Shown: one piece after another, positions 49,109-58,292 of the stretch
Position numbering within the stretch: position 1 is the first letter of the stretch
Layout of the letters: every line of letters begins with the position of its first letter
NCBI GenBank assembly: GCA_015523605.1
Contig: WAKC01000001.1
Coordinates: 2,669 to 66,668 of the forward strand
Direction of reading: 5' to 3'
Length of the DNA: 64,000 bases
Source: Candidatus Geothermarchaeota archaeon
GTDB lineage: Archaea > Thermoproteota > Nitrososphaeria > Geothermarchaeales > JDFR-13
Notes under the pieces: model-generated
What the model saw: only the letters and a program-made list of their open reading frames with translations
Database searches by the model: none
Told to the model about the DNA's origin: nothing
Position numbers and translations under genes: made by a program

Positions 49109-50306
49109 CCTCCTTCTAGACATAGTCTTCATACTAATCCTACTCGCAATAACAGTCAACATCTTAAAGGGGGTTAAAGATGTTGGAGACGAGATAAGTG
49201 AGATACCAACCAGAGGTAGAGCACTTATAATACTCCCTACTAAAGAGCCTCCAGAGACATTTAACAAACTCGTTGAACAACTAATTAAGTACACAAAAGA
49301 CGCTGAACTCTACATAGTATATCAAGGCGGAAAACCGCCTCTAAATATTGAGTCACCACCATCAAACATAAAAATCGAGGTCCTAGAGGGGATGGAAGAT
49401 AATGATTATAAAGGAAAGATAGGGAACATAGTCACCATACTCAGAAGGATCGATATATCAAGATATAGATATTTGATTATAATCGATGACGATATACTCA
49501 TCCATCCTAGATGGTTCACATATCTAACATCACTCGCGGAATACAAAGATTTTTCAACTGGTTATAGAGTATACCTACCAATCAAAAATAGATTAGGTTC
49601 CATTTTAACATCACTCTGGAACCTATACACACTGGATACTATCTACAATAGAGAGGAGAGGATAGTATGGGGAGGTTCTACATGTATCAAGACGGAGGCC
49701 GTTAAAACCTCTACTCTGATGAGACTATGGAGGAGGGCTGTATCGGATGACGTGCCACTAACATATCTAGCTAGATGCAGAAAAGGCATAGGATTTAACG
49801 AAAACACCTTAGTACCGAGTCCCTCCCTACATACACTCAAGGACGCCATAAACTTTATAATTAGACAGCAGAGGATCGTATACGTCTATAACAAGACTCT
49901 TTGGCTGAAAGGGGTCCTTATACATCTATTCATAAATTTAATTACCGCTATAGCATTAGTCAACCTTATAACTATCATATATACAGGTATCCATATCCTC
50001 AGCCTCATTAAGCTATTGGGGATAGTTACGGTCTTTCTTTCGTACACCCTCAAAAACCATTTCAGGCTTAGACGATACCAAGAGATCTTTGGGTCGGATC
50101 AAATGAGATATTTGAATAGGCTTAAGCTCTACAACCTCTTATTTACACCCTTAATTCTGATTCTCCAACTCTACCTACTCTTACTATCAAGGGGTAGAGA
50201 GATTCTATGGAGGGGGCGTAAATACATCCTACCCACGATGGAGGAGTTAGGCTATAGCGAGTGTATAAAGGATGTCATAGATGAACAAGGCTCCAAAACA
50301 AATTAA
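49101..50306 (+). CDS. Membrane-bound family 2 glycosyltransferase (GT2/GT21-like)
   Basis: GTG start overlapping the Sm-like gene by 8 nt. N-terminal TM segment, IIIDDDILIHPRW (DxD), RQQRIV (QxxRW-like) and C-terminal TM segments. Confidence 0.65.
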   Translation: MINLLLDIVFILILLAITVNILKGVKDVGDEISEIPTRGRALIILPTKEPPETFNKLVEQLIKYTKDAELYIVYQGGKPPLNIESPPSNIKIEVLEGMEDNDYKGKIGNIVTILRRIDISRYRYLIIIDDDILIHPRWFTYLTSLAEYKDFSTGYRVYLPIKNRLGSILTSLWNLYTLDTIYNREERIVWGGSTCIKTEAVKTSTLMRLWRRAVSDDVPLTYLARCRKGIGFNENTLVPSPSLHTLKDAINFIIRQQRIVYVYNKTLWLKGVLIHLFINLITAIALVNLITIIYTGIHILSLIKLLGIVTVFLSYTLKNHFRLRRYQEIFGSDQMRYLNRLKLYNLLFTPLILILQLYLLLLSRGREILWRGRKYILPTMEELGYSECIKDVIDEQGSKTN

Positions 50307-50885
50307 GATAATTCCAAGACCGATGTTCACATACTTGAGAAACTCGCTTCTAAACTTCGTGACACCTAGATTTGCAAGTAGGGATAGGAAGGTGAGCCAT
50401 GCATAATCCATCCATACATGGGCTAGATACACTACTGGAAGCCATAGAAAGCCAAGCAATTTAATAGCGTCATATATGAAGATAGAGCCTATAGTCACCC
50501 ACCATAGTATGAAATAGGGGTTGAAGAGACTGAATACAAATCCTATTGTAAATGGATGCCTAACCTCCTCCAGAGCCTCATACTCAACCTCATCTATTTT
50601 AATATGTAGATACCCTAGATAGAAGAGAAATATGCTCGTAACAATCAGGAGGAGATCCCTTAAACCAGCTATAGATTCTATGCTAAGCATACCGTATGCA
50701 ACTAGAAGAAATACCGGAAGCTCAGCCGTTAAATGCCCTGTTGCAGCTAATACACCCGCCTTCCATCCACGTCTCAACCCAGCTCCTAGTGTAGCCATAG
50801 ATAGGGGGCCTGGAGCCAATGCTCCAGAAGCGGTAAACACTTGTATCTCAATAAAGAGAACTATTACCTCATTCAACGAGGCCAT
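50247..50885 (-). CDS. LysE/RhtB-family amino acid exporter
   Basis: 212 aa with 6 TM segments. PGPLSMATL motif near the N-terminus. Confidence 0.7.
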   Translation of the reverse strand: MASLNEVIVLFIEIQVFTASGALAPGPLSMATLGAGLRRGWKAGVLAATGHLTAELPVFLLVAYGMLSIESIAGLRDLLLIVTSIFLFYLGYLHIKIDEVEYEALEEVRHPFTIGFVFSLFNPYFILWWVTIGSIFIYDAIKLLGFLWLPVVYLAHVWMDYAWLTFLSLLANLGVTKFRSEFLKYVNIGLGIILICFGALFIYDILYTLAIA

Positions 50886-50893
50886 TAAAATAG

Positions 50894-51379
50894 TTAGAAA
50901 TGATACACCATTATATATGCAGACTCTCCATCCCTATAATATCCTTCAACCGTCTTTGAAATCTTGAAGCCAAGTCTCTCATAGAATTTTATAGCGGGAT
51001 GGTTTGAGACCCTTACCTCTAGATAGACATATTCACATCCATAGATATTCTTCAGTGCATCCATAGCCCTATTCATAAGAGCTGTTCCAATCCCCATCCT
51101 CCTATAGTTAGGCTTAACCGCTATCGAGACTATATGGCCGACTCTCCTAAATTTTAGGGGAAACTCAAGTTTAAACTCCTTCTCAACTCTGCACATTATA
51201 TAACCCACTATCTCATCTCCAACTTTAGCAACAAGGAAAGACTCACCAAAATTTTGGAAAAGGTTCTCATAGAAATACATAGGGTAATTCTCTGGGAGGA
51301 TCATCTCATTTATAGATTTGACGAGTGGAAGCTCTTCATATCTAACCTTCTCTATACGAAACTGAACGTTCCTACTCAC
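50894..51379 (-). CDS. GNAT N-acetyltransferase (RimI / Ard1-type N-alpha-acetyltransferase)
   Basis: VSIAVKPNYRRMGIGTALM (acetyl-CoA Q/RxxGxG/A motif) and YLEVRVSNHPAIKFYERLGF. Confidence 0.8.
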   Translation of the reverse strand: MSRNVQFRIEKVRYEELPLVKSINEMILPENYPMYFYENLFQNFGESFLVAKVGDEIVGYIMCRVEKEFKLEFPLKFRRVGHIVSIAVKPNYRRMGIGTALMNRAMDALKNIYGCEYVYLEVRVSNHPAIKFYERLGFKISKTVEGYYRDGESAYIMVYHF

Positions 51380-51482
51380 ACTAAAGTTAAAGTATGTAGA
51401 GATATATTTATTAGTAAAGGCATAAAAAAACCAAAATTAATATAGTTTACAAATGCCTTAAGTATAAGGGGATAGCAGGAAA

Positions 51483-52589
51483 ATGTATGATGAAACACTA
51501 GACTCTAATCTAGTCATTTTAGATAGGATAACGTCCAAGTATTTCACTATATTAGATAGCTATAAATATACAGGTCTATACAAATATATCATAGAACCAC
51601 AAGAGAACTTCAAAGAGAAGTTCTTTGAGTATAATAAGGAGTTGAAGACGAATGGTTTCATAGCATTCACTGATTTACGTCCGGATGGAAGGATAGAGAT
51701 TACGATAAGAAGCTATCCATTGGTCCATTCATCACCGACTAAGAAACCCTTAATCCTATTCATAATCACATTCATTTTCATTGCTATTGATGCATATTAC
51801 AGGAGTTTCAATCCAATACTCTATGAGATAATACCGAATTACAATCCTATACTTACAGCGCTGATATATAGCGTAGGATTGATAGCGATAATAGGTATAC
51901 ACGAGTTGGGACATCTGGTTATGATAAGGAGATATGGTGTAGATGCATCCTTACCATATTTCATACCTGGGATACCAGTATTTGCATTACCGACTTTTGG
52001 AGCTGTAATATCCCAAAGAGAGCCTCCGAACGATAGAGACGCCCTATTCGATATAGGCCTAGCAGGTCCATTGGCAGGTTTGATACCTACACTACTAATA
52101 ACCTTATATTCGATACCAACCACCCCTATACTTTCAGAAGAGGAGTTTAACTTGATAGTAGAGAAATTTGACGTGGAATTCGCTCCAATGCTTACACCAT
52201 GGCTCTACCTTAAGATACTAAGCTTTTTCAGGGTTATAGGGCCGACAGACATTATAATATTGCCTCCACTAGCATTCGTCGCACTACTTGGATTTTTAAT
52301 CACAGGTCTGAACCTCTTACCCGCTTGGCAACTAGATGGAGGCCATTTAGCAAGAGCATTTTTTGGAGAGGAGACACAGAGGATAATCACATTCTTAGCT
52401 ATTGGTATACTATTTATAATGGGGTTCTTCTTCTTCGCCTTAATTATACTAACCTTCTACTTCCTATCGGGAGGAAGGAGTGTAAGGCCTTTAAACGACG
52501 TCTCACCACTCTCTACAAGTCGTAAGATACTCTACGTCATCTCACTACTACTAGGTATAACTATGCTTCCACTTCCGATTCCATTCTAA
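51483..52589 (+). CDS. Site-2 protease family (M50) membrane metalloprotease
   Basis: HELGH in a TM helix and a downstream LLPAWQLDGGH (NxxPxxxLDG) motif. Confidence 0.8.
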   Translation: MYDETLDSNLVILDRITSKYFTILDSYKYTGLYKYIIEPQENFKEKFFEYNKELKTNGFIAFTDLRPDGRIEITIRSYPLVHSSPTKKPLILFIITFIFIAIDAYYRSFNPILYEIIPNYNPILTALIYSVGLIAIIGIHELGHLVMIRRYGVDASLPYFIPGIPVFALPTFGAVISQREPPNDRDALFDIGLAGPLAGLIPTLLITLYSIPTTPILSEEEFNLIVEKFDVEFAPMLTPWLYLKILSFFRVIGPTDIIILPPLAFVALLGFLITGLNLLPAWQLDGGHLARAFFGEETQRIITFLAIGILFIMGFFFFALIILTFYFLSGGRSVRPLNDVSPLSTSRKILYVISLLLGITMLPLPIPF

Positions 52590-53526
52590 AACATTTAAAG
52601 GGATGAAATAGATATAGGTCTTCAATTACAAGAATATCCCTCTTTTTAGTAATTGGTATGCGGGCTAGATACCTTTCAGGGTTTAGCGTCTTATTTATGT
52701 TTAACATGGAAGCTATAGACCTTGGTATAGAACCATAATGGACAATAGAGTATCCAGACAACCTATCACGGCAATAGGCTATGTAAAACTGGAAGGGATC
52801 GTCTGCGTTATCCAACGTCAAACCTTTAAACACCGTTGGATCTAAATCTCTAACCCTAGTTCTCGATACTACGATAGCCGTGGATTCTTTAACACCTAGG
52901 ACCGCCAATTTTGAAAGCCCAATCATAAATAGATATAGACTAGAATCCCATGGCAATCCGCCGAGACTTGCTATTATAAGTGGAGAGAGGTCAGTTTTTA
53001 GACACCATCCCTCCGTATATACCTTATGGACTTCTTCATAATGGCTCCCATCCCGTGAACCGAAAACATCATATAGTCTAGCGCCTCCATCTAACACGAG
53101 GTCGATATATAACTTCTCACCATCGTCAACATCGGGAGTAGGCTCTTTATAAATAGCCTTCTTCAAGAAGGATAGTGGATCCTCCACAAGCTTACCGACC
53201 CACAAAGAAGTTCTATACCCTAATATAGGGTCATATCTGAATATATCCACCACTACATTCGAATCATCGAGATCCTCAACAACCTCAAAATCGACTGCTA
53301 GACGTCTCAACACACCTACTATAAAGCCTCTTTCAGCATCATCCGCCAAAGGACTTAAAAAAACTTTTAATGGAATTCTCTTTATAACCATAGCCCTAAA
53401 CTTCTCTAGTGCATCCTGCTCCCTACTCGAGGGATAGATGGTTTTAGGCATAATCTTAAGATTTATAGGGTCTGGAAGCATTATAGGTATCTCTGTATCA
53501 CCATATGGGAGCCAAACCTCAACCAT
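52561..53526 (-). CDS. DUF2088 / LarA-N-terminal-like protein, short (321 aa)
   Basis: The N-terminus (VEVWLPYGDTEIPIMLPDP) resembles the LarA start. It is shorter than canonical LarA and I cannot identify the catalytic residues. Confidence 0.4.
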   Translation of the reverse strand: MVEVWLPYGDTEIPIMLPDPINLKIMPKTIYPSSREQDALEKFRAMVIKRIPLKVFLSPLADDAERGFIVGVLRRLAVDFEVVEDLDDSNVVVDIFRYDPILGYRTSLWVGKLVEDPLSFLKKAIYKEPTPDVDDGEKLYIDLVLDGGARLYDVFGSRDGSHYEEVHKVYTEGWCLKTDLSPLIIASLGGLPWDSSLYLFMIGLSKLAVLGVKESTAIVVSRTRVRDLDPTVFKGLTLDNADDPFQFYIAYCRDRLSGYSIVHYGSIPRSIASMLNINKTLNPERYLARIPITKKRDILVIEDLYLFHPFKCFRMESEVEA

Positions 53527-53570
53527 ACAAACACCTTTACTAATGCGTTATGATATTAATTTATAGAATC

Positions 53571-54140
53571 ATGAATATTAAAGAAGGGGCTAGGGTACTC
53601 GCCATCGCTGAAAGCTTTAAAAGGAATCATGGAGACGCTGTCCTCGTATGCCTGGTATATCGATTAGACGGTATCATCGACGGAATAGAAATCGGTCGCA
53701 ACACAGTTGGTGGTAAGGACTCGACAGAAAACATATTAAGGCTTATAGAGTCTATGGGGAGGGAGGATATAAACTATATCTTACTCTCGGGAGCAGTTAT
53801 AAGTTGGTTCAACATAGTAGATATCAACGAGATATATTGGAGAACAGGGATACCAGTTATAGTAGCCACATATGAAGAGAGTAAGGGGTTAATCCCCTAC
53901 CTCATAAAATATTTTAAAGATTGGGAGGACAGGGTCCTATCCTATCTAACCCTAGGAGATAGATTACCAGTTAAACTTTCGACCGGATACACAATCTACA
54001 TTAGATGCATAGGGATAGACACCTCAACAGCATCTAAACTTATCGATCGCATAACATTCCATGGTAGATACCCAGAGCCAATTAGAATAGCTAAGATGAT
54101 AGCCAACTCGATACTAAACAGTTGCATATTAAAGAGATGA
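53571..54140 (+). CDS. DUF99 (UPF0215) family protein
   Basis: VLAIAESF, LDGIIDGIEIGRNTVGGKDSTE and LSGAVISWFNIVD resemble the archaeal UPF0215 pattern. Confidence 0.6.
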   Translation: MNIKEGARVLAIAESFKRNHGDAVLVCLVYRLDGIIDGIEIGRNTVGGKDSTENILRLIESMGREDINYILLSGAVISWFNIVDINEIYWRTGIPVIVATYEESKGLIPYLIKYFKDWEDRVLSYLTLGDRLPVKLSTGYTIYIRCIGIDTSTASKLIDRITFHGRYPEPIRIAKMIANSILNSCILKR

Positions 54141-54283
54141 AAATTAGCTATGTAGTTAGGTAGGATGTTTAAACACAATATAAAAATCGGTGTTTTACTA
54201 AACATATTCTAAATAGACAATAGATTTATATATTCTAAACACAGGGTTTTAATATGGAGATACTTTCAGATTGAGGGCTATCC

Positions 54284-54586
54284 ATGATGAGGGGTAGGAT
54301 GGTAGAACCTGGTAGCGTCGAATACTGTACTCCTTTCTGTAGATTCTTCCGGTGCAGCAACAAGTCACTATTAATCACAAGGGATAAGAGGATATGTAAA
54401 CTGGTAAATGACGACTGTGACCCACTGCCATGTAAATTCCCACTATGCTCAATAAACAAGCTCCTACCAGATGGGAGGTGCGGGTTATATGTCGAGAGGA
54501 ATATGAGGAGGAAGAAGAGGGTAAGCAGTCTAGAAAAGATAAACATCAGCGATATAGAAGACTATGATAAATATGTAAAGTTCTAA
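54284..54586 (+). CDS. Small Cys-rich basic protein (8 Cys in the first 66 aa), hypothetical
   Basis: The plus-strand ORF has regularly spaced Cys and an RRKKR patch. The opposite-strand ORF (54235-54546) is Leu/Ser-rich and low in complexity, and looks like a shadow ORF. Confidence 0.4.
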   Translation: MMRGRMVEPGSVEYCTPFCRFFRCSNKSLLITRDKRICKLVNDDCDPLPCKFPLCSINKLLPDGRCGLYVERNMRRKKRVSSLEKINISDIEDYDKYVKF

Positions 54587-54588
54587 TG

Positions 54589-56334
54589 CTAGTCAACCGA
54601 CTCGAGACCCATTGACGACGCTATCGACTCGAAAGACTCGCCTTCGACTAGACGCTCTACAAACTCCACAACCCTATTTATTTCTATCCTATATTGACGC
54701 CAACTATCCCTATCCCTGACAGTAACTGTATCATCATTCAAACTTCTAAGGTCTACTGTAAATGCTACTGGAATACCGATCTCATCACCCCTAGCATATA
54801 AACGGCCTATACTATCTCCATAGTCATAGAACACCCTGAAACCAGCCATCTCAAGGTCCCTAACAATTGATGCAGCGACACCCTTGAGATCATCCCTATC
54901 TAGAAGTGGATATACAGCAGCCTCTATAGGAGCTATATACGCTGGTAGAGACAATACAACCCTATCTCCACGTTCTGTATAGGAATACTCTAAGACGGCG
55001 TATGTAATCCTATCCAAGCCAAAAGAGGGTTCCACGACATGGGGGATAAACTTTTCCACGGTAACTCTCTTCTCCTCCTCAACAATCCTAAAGAAACTCT
55101 TATCAAGCTTAACATCATCGACTTCGATAGAGCCGTTTTCATCTAAAATCTTATATAACTCGGATGGAGAATATCTAGAGAGCTCCTTCATAACCAAACC
55201 TATCTTATCTGGATACTGCTCTTTAATCTTCTTAGGCTCGGGATAAGCCTCACGAATATAGACCGTCTTAGGCTCTGGAAGGAGCCGTTCAACAGCGATC
55301 TCCTCCCCACTATACTTCGCATGTCTTGATAAGTCATAGTTAGTCCTATCTGCATGTCCCGATACTTCAACCCATCCCCACTTATCGAGAAGCACCTCCT
55401 GGTCAAAGACCTTCCTAGCATAGTGTGCTCTTTCACCCTCAAGCTTCTCCCTAAACCTTTGCCGACTCTTCGGGATACCAAGGATTTCTAGGAAGCGCTG
55501 GGCTAGAACCATGAAATAAAGCATAGACTTATGCTCTACAATCCCCCTCTCTAAAATCTCTTTAACAGTGAGTGTCTCGTATTCACCGCCTCCCTCCCGA
55601 ATCAACTTCTCATGAAGGATGTTTAAGGTCTCATCCATATATTCATCCAAGTCGAATTGATCATCATTCTCAGGATCGAAGAAATATTCAACCTCCATCA
55701 TATCAAACTCTCTAAGCCTTATAACACCTTGTCTAGGCGATATCTCATTCCTAAACCCCCTACCAATCTGAGCAATACCAATAGGAAACCTCTTTCTAAA
55801 CACTTCATATATCCGCTTAAACTCTACAAACATTCCCTGAGCCGTCTCCGGCCTTAAAAAACCTATAGCATCTGAATAGGGGCCAATAGTAGTTTTAAAC
55901 ATAGTCATGAAATAATCCGGATCCCCTAGGCTTCCACCACAAGAAGGACATTTAATACCCTCCCTATTAATGAGATCCAAATATTCCTCAGGCTTTAGAC
56001 CCTCCTCAACCTCCACACCCTTCTCCTTAAGAAGGGTATCCGCTCTAAACTTCTTCCCACAGGATTTACACGTCACCATCACGTCTTTAAATCCTTCGAC
56101 ATGGCCGGAAGCCTCGAAAACGATATAGGGAGAGATGGTTGGAGAGTCGATCTCGAAGAATCCCAGGTTATATACAAATAACTCACGCCATAAATCTCTA
56201 ATCTTACGTTTTAGAAGGACTCCATATGGTCCCCACACATAGAAACCGGAGACCCCTCCATAAATTTCGTATGCAGGCCAGAAAAACCCCCTTCTTCTAG
56301 CCAGACTAAAGACTTTATCCGCCTTTGACATCAT
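54589..56334 (-). CDS. glyS: Glycine--tRNA ligase (archaeal/eukaryotic type)
   Basis: RRGFFWPAYEIYGGVSGFYVWGPYG at the N-terminus, FRNEISPR (class II motif 2) and GLDR (motif 3 context). Confidence 0.9.
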   Translation of the reverse strand: MMSKADKVFSLARRRGFFWPAYEIYGGVSGFYVWGPYGVLLKRKIRDLWRELFVYNLGFFEIDSPTISPYIVFEASGHVEGFKDVMVTCKSCGKKFRADTLLKEKGVEVEEGLKPEEYLDLINREGIKCPSCGGSLGDPDYFMTMFKTTIGPYSDAIGFLRPETAQGMFVEFKRIYEVFRKRFPIGIAQIGRGFRNEISPRQGVIRLREFDMMEVEYFFDPENDDQFDLDEYMDETLNILHEKLIREGGGEYETLTVKEILERGIVEHKSMLYFMVLAQRFLEILGIPKSRQRFREKLEGERAHYARKVFDQEVLLDKWGWVEVSGHADRTNYDLSRHAKYSGEEIAVERLLPEPKTVYIREAYPEPKKIKEQYPDKIGLVMKELSRYSPSELYKILDENGSIEVDDVKLDKSFFRIVEEEKRVTVEKFIPHVVEPSFGLDRITYAVLEYSYTERGDRVVLSLPAYIAPIEAAVYPLLDRDDLKGVAASIVRDLEMAGFRVFYDYGDSIGRLYARGDEIGIPVAFTVDLRSLNDDTVTVRDRDSWRQYRIEINRVVEFVERLVEGESFESIASSMGLESVD

Positions 56335-56521
56335 ACTCCACCAGCCACTAATAAACTATGATGCATATAACTAGATAATTATGTTTTATACCGATTAACT
56401 TTACAGCTGTGATAATGCTCCTCTAATCTTTATGAGGTACTTAAAACTGGGTTGGATTTCAATATTTATAAAGAAAATATTTTAGGATAAAAATGGATGG
56501 GAACACTCAAGACGTGTTTTT

Positions 56522-57031
56522 CTAATCCTCTCTAAACCTTAAGGCCTGCTCAATAAAGAAATCAACGAGCTTATCCATCTGGTAAGGCCATGCATATATA
56601 ATTTTACTCTCTGGATATCTCCTCCTAAACTCAGAGATCTTCTCAGGAATATCTTTCTCAGAATGAGCCCCACCTGGTATAACCATTGTAGGGACAACTA
56701 TAATGTACGACCCAGGGTTCTCCTTAATAGCCCTATCCAAAGACTCTTCAATAGATGGAGGGGAAAATTCATTGAATGCAACATACACATTTTTAAATAC
56801 ACGCCTTTCCCTAATCTTATTAGCCAATTCATTAAGATAAAACCAGTATGGATCATTCTCCCTCGTTCTCGGTATACTTCTAACCTCCCTATCCAATTCA
56901 TGAAACTCTTTAACAGCGCTAGGATCACCCTTCTCAGCCAACTTCTCAAGCTCAATATACCTAGAAACCTTCTTTAAGTCATATCCTCTCGGTGGGACAC
57001 CGTGACCAACTAAAACTAGAACATACTCCAT
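56522..57031 (-). CDS. CbiX/SirB-like chelatase-fold protein
   Basis: VLVLVGHGVPP start and a GGAHSEKDIP block. The assignment is tentative. Confidence 0.45.
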   Translation of the reverse strand: MEYVLVLVGHGVPPRGYDLKKVSRYIELEKLAEKGDPSAVKEFHELDREVRSIPRTRENDPYWFYLNELANKIRERRVFKNVYVAFNEFSPPSIEESLDRAIKENPGSYIIVVPTMVIPGGAHSEKDIPEKISEFRRRYPESKIIYAWPYQMDKLVDFFIEQALRFRED

Positions 57032-57430
57032 TCATCCCCACCAAAAACTACATAACTTAATGATTATAAGGCATGGAGAATTATTTTGAAAACAATATAG
57101 AATGAATATATAAAAATTAAAAATCAAAATTAAATCATTCCCTAATAGCTTAATTTATCAAACTCAATATGGTTTACTAATAGATACAAATAACAATTTA
57201 TAGATTTAACATATTAAATTAGGAAACTTAAATAATGATAGGTATAAATCTTCAAGTTTGATATACGAATCTAAAAAATAGAAATGTAAATCGAGAGTTT
57301 ACTATACTCGTATCCGGAATTTTTTTACTAGAGAACCTGTAAAACCGGAGGGAGGAAATATCTTATCCAAGATATGATATTTAGTGATACTATCAGATCT
57401 TTACAATGATTTTTTAAGATTTACAATATT

Positions 57431-57450
57431 ATTAGATGAAATTAGATGAA
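57431..57450. repeat. Perfect tandem 10-bp duplication (ATTAGATGAA x2) spanning the stop codon of the JAMM gene
   Basis: Positions 57431-57440 equal 57441-57450. On the coding strand the last codons plus the stop (TTCATCTAAT) are duplicated. Confidence 0.8.
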
Positions 57451-57849
57451 ATCGTAGTCTACTGGGACTATATCATCATTATTATAGATCCATACACCTA
57501 TATCTAGAGATGTAGAGTCTATTATTACCCAGGGAATCCTCCAACTTGACATACCTCTTTTATCGAGGTCGCTAGGTATTGGAGGGGCTGGATGGCTATG
57601 GATAACAGATAACACTTCATACCCATATCTATCGGCAAATTCATGAGCTGAAATTATTGTATAGGGGTCAATAGAGAATCTAACAGGGCTGTTCTCAATA
57701 TTAACCCCCATAAAGAGAGCCTTTACCATATATACATCACCCTCTATACCACCTACTAAAATACCACACTCCTCAATCATACTCTTCTCAACATGTGATA
57801 TAAAGTATTTCAGTAAACTTCGAGGTATAATGAGCTTCATCCATTCCAA
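57442..57849 (-). CDS. JAB1/MPN/Mov34 (JAMM) metalloprotease
   Basis: EECG glutamate and the HSHPAPPIPSDLD (HxHx7Sx2D) JAMM motif. Confidence 0.8.
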   Translation of the reverse strand: MEWMKLIIPRSLLKYFISHVEKSMIEECGILVGGIEGDVYMVKALFMGVNIENSPVRFSIDPYTIISAHEFADRYGYEVLSVIHSHPAPPIPSDLDKRGMSSWRIPWVIIDSTSLDIGVWIYNNDDIVPVDYDFI

Positions 57850-57893
57850 CCCAAATACTATTTAGCTAATGAAGATGAAAATATATTGTGACG

Positions 57894-58226
57894 ATGGCCA
57901 ACAAGAGATATAGGAAGGGATATCGGTTTGAACATAGGGTGAAGAAGTATCTCGAGAAGATGGGGTATAAAGTCTTTAGACTGGCAGGCTCCAAACCAAT
58001 AGACTTGATAGCCGTTAAAAAAGGGGGTAAATCAATATACTACATCGAATGTAAAACTACTAGATACACGAAGAGAACTGGAGTAAAACTATTAACCATT
58101 ACGGAGGGACTCCCAGGGAGGGCTGTCGTAGCATATAGAGACGATAACAATAGAATTAGATTCTACGACCCAAGAGAGAATAAAGAGATCAATATCCCAT
58201 TAGTCAAGGAGATAGATAAATTCTAA
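57894..58226 (+). CDS. hjc: Holliday junction resolvase Hjc-like PD-(D/E)xK nuclease (short, 110 aa)
   Basis: KGYRFEHRVKKYLEKMGYKVFRLAGS, PIDLIAVK and YYIECK reproduce the Hjc E / D / ExK catalytic pattern. Confidence 0.6.
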   Translation: MANKRYRKGYRFEHRVKKYLEKMGYKVFRLAGSKPIDLIAVKKGGKSIYYIECKTTRYTKRTGVKLLTITEGLPGRAVVAYRDDNNRIRFYDPRENKEINIPLVKEIDKF

Positions 58227-58292
58227 ATTCTGGGAGATAGACAAATATATTCTAGAGGTTAGATATTCATTAAATATCTAAATGGGTAACAC

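Noticed and set aside
50247-50306. Convergent 3' overlaps (GT2/LysE 60 nt, M50/DUF2088-like 29 nt, phosphoesterase/GGR 17 nt) as a possible antisense regulatory device
   Set aside because: The overlaps are real because they are defined by stop codons. Such overlaps are common in compact archaeal genomes, and nothing in the sequence suggests a specific function.
56335-56521. Box C/D sRNA candidates in intergenic regions (ATGATGC...GTGATAA at about 56360-56430, also 32740-32790 and 58395-58410)
   Set aside because: C-box-like heptamers are present, but no correctly spaced CUGA D/D' boxes or terminal stem could be found. They are likely chance matches in AT-rich DNA.
57032-57441. AT-rich gap as a chromosomal replication origin
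   Set aside because: No Orc1/Cdc6 or WhiP gene is adjacent, and I could not find ORB or mini-ORB-like repeats (no GGTGGAAA-type elements in inverted orientation). AT-richness alone is insufficient.
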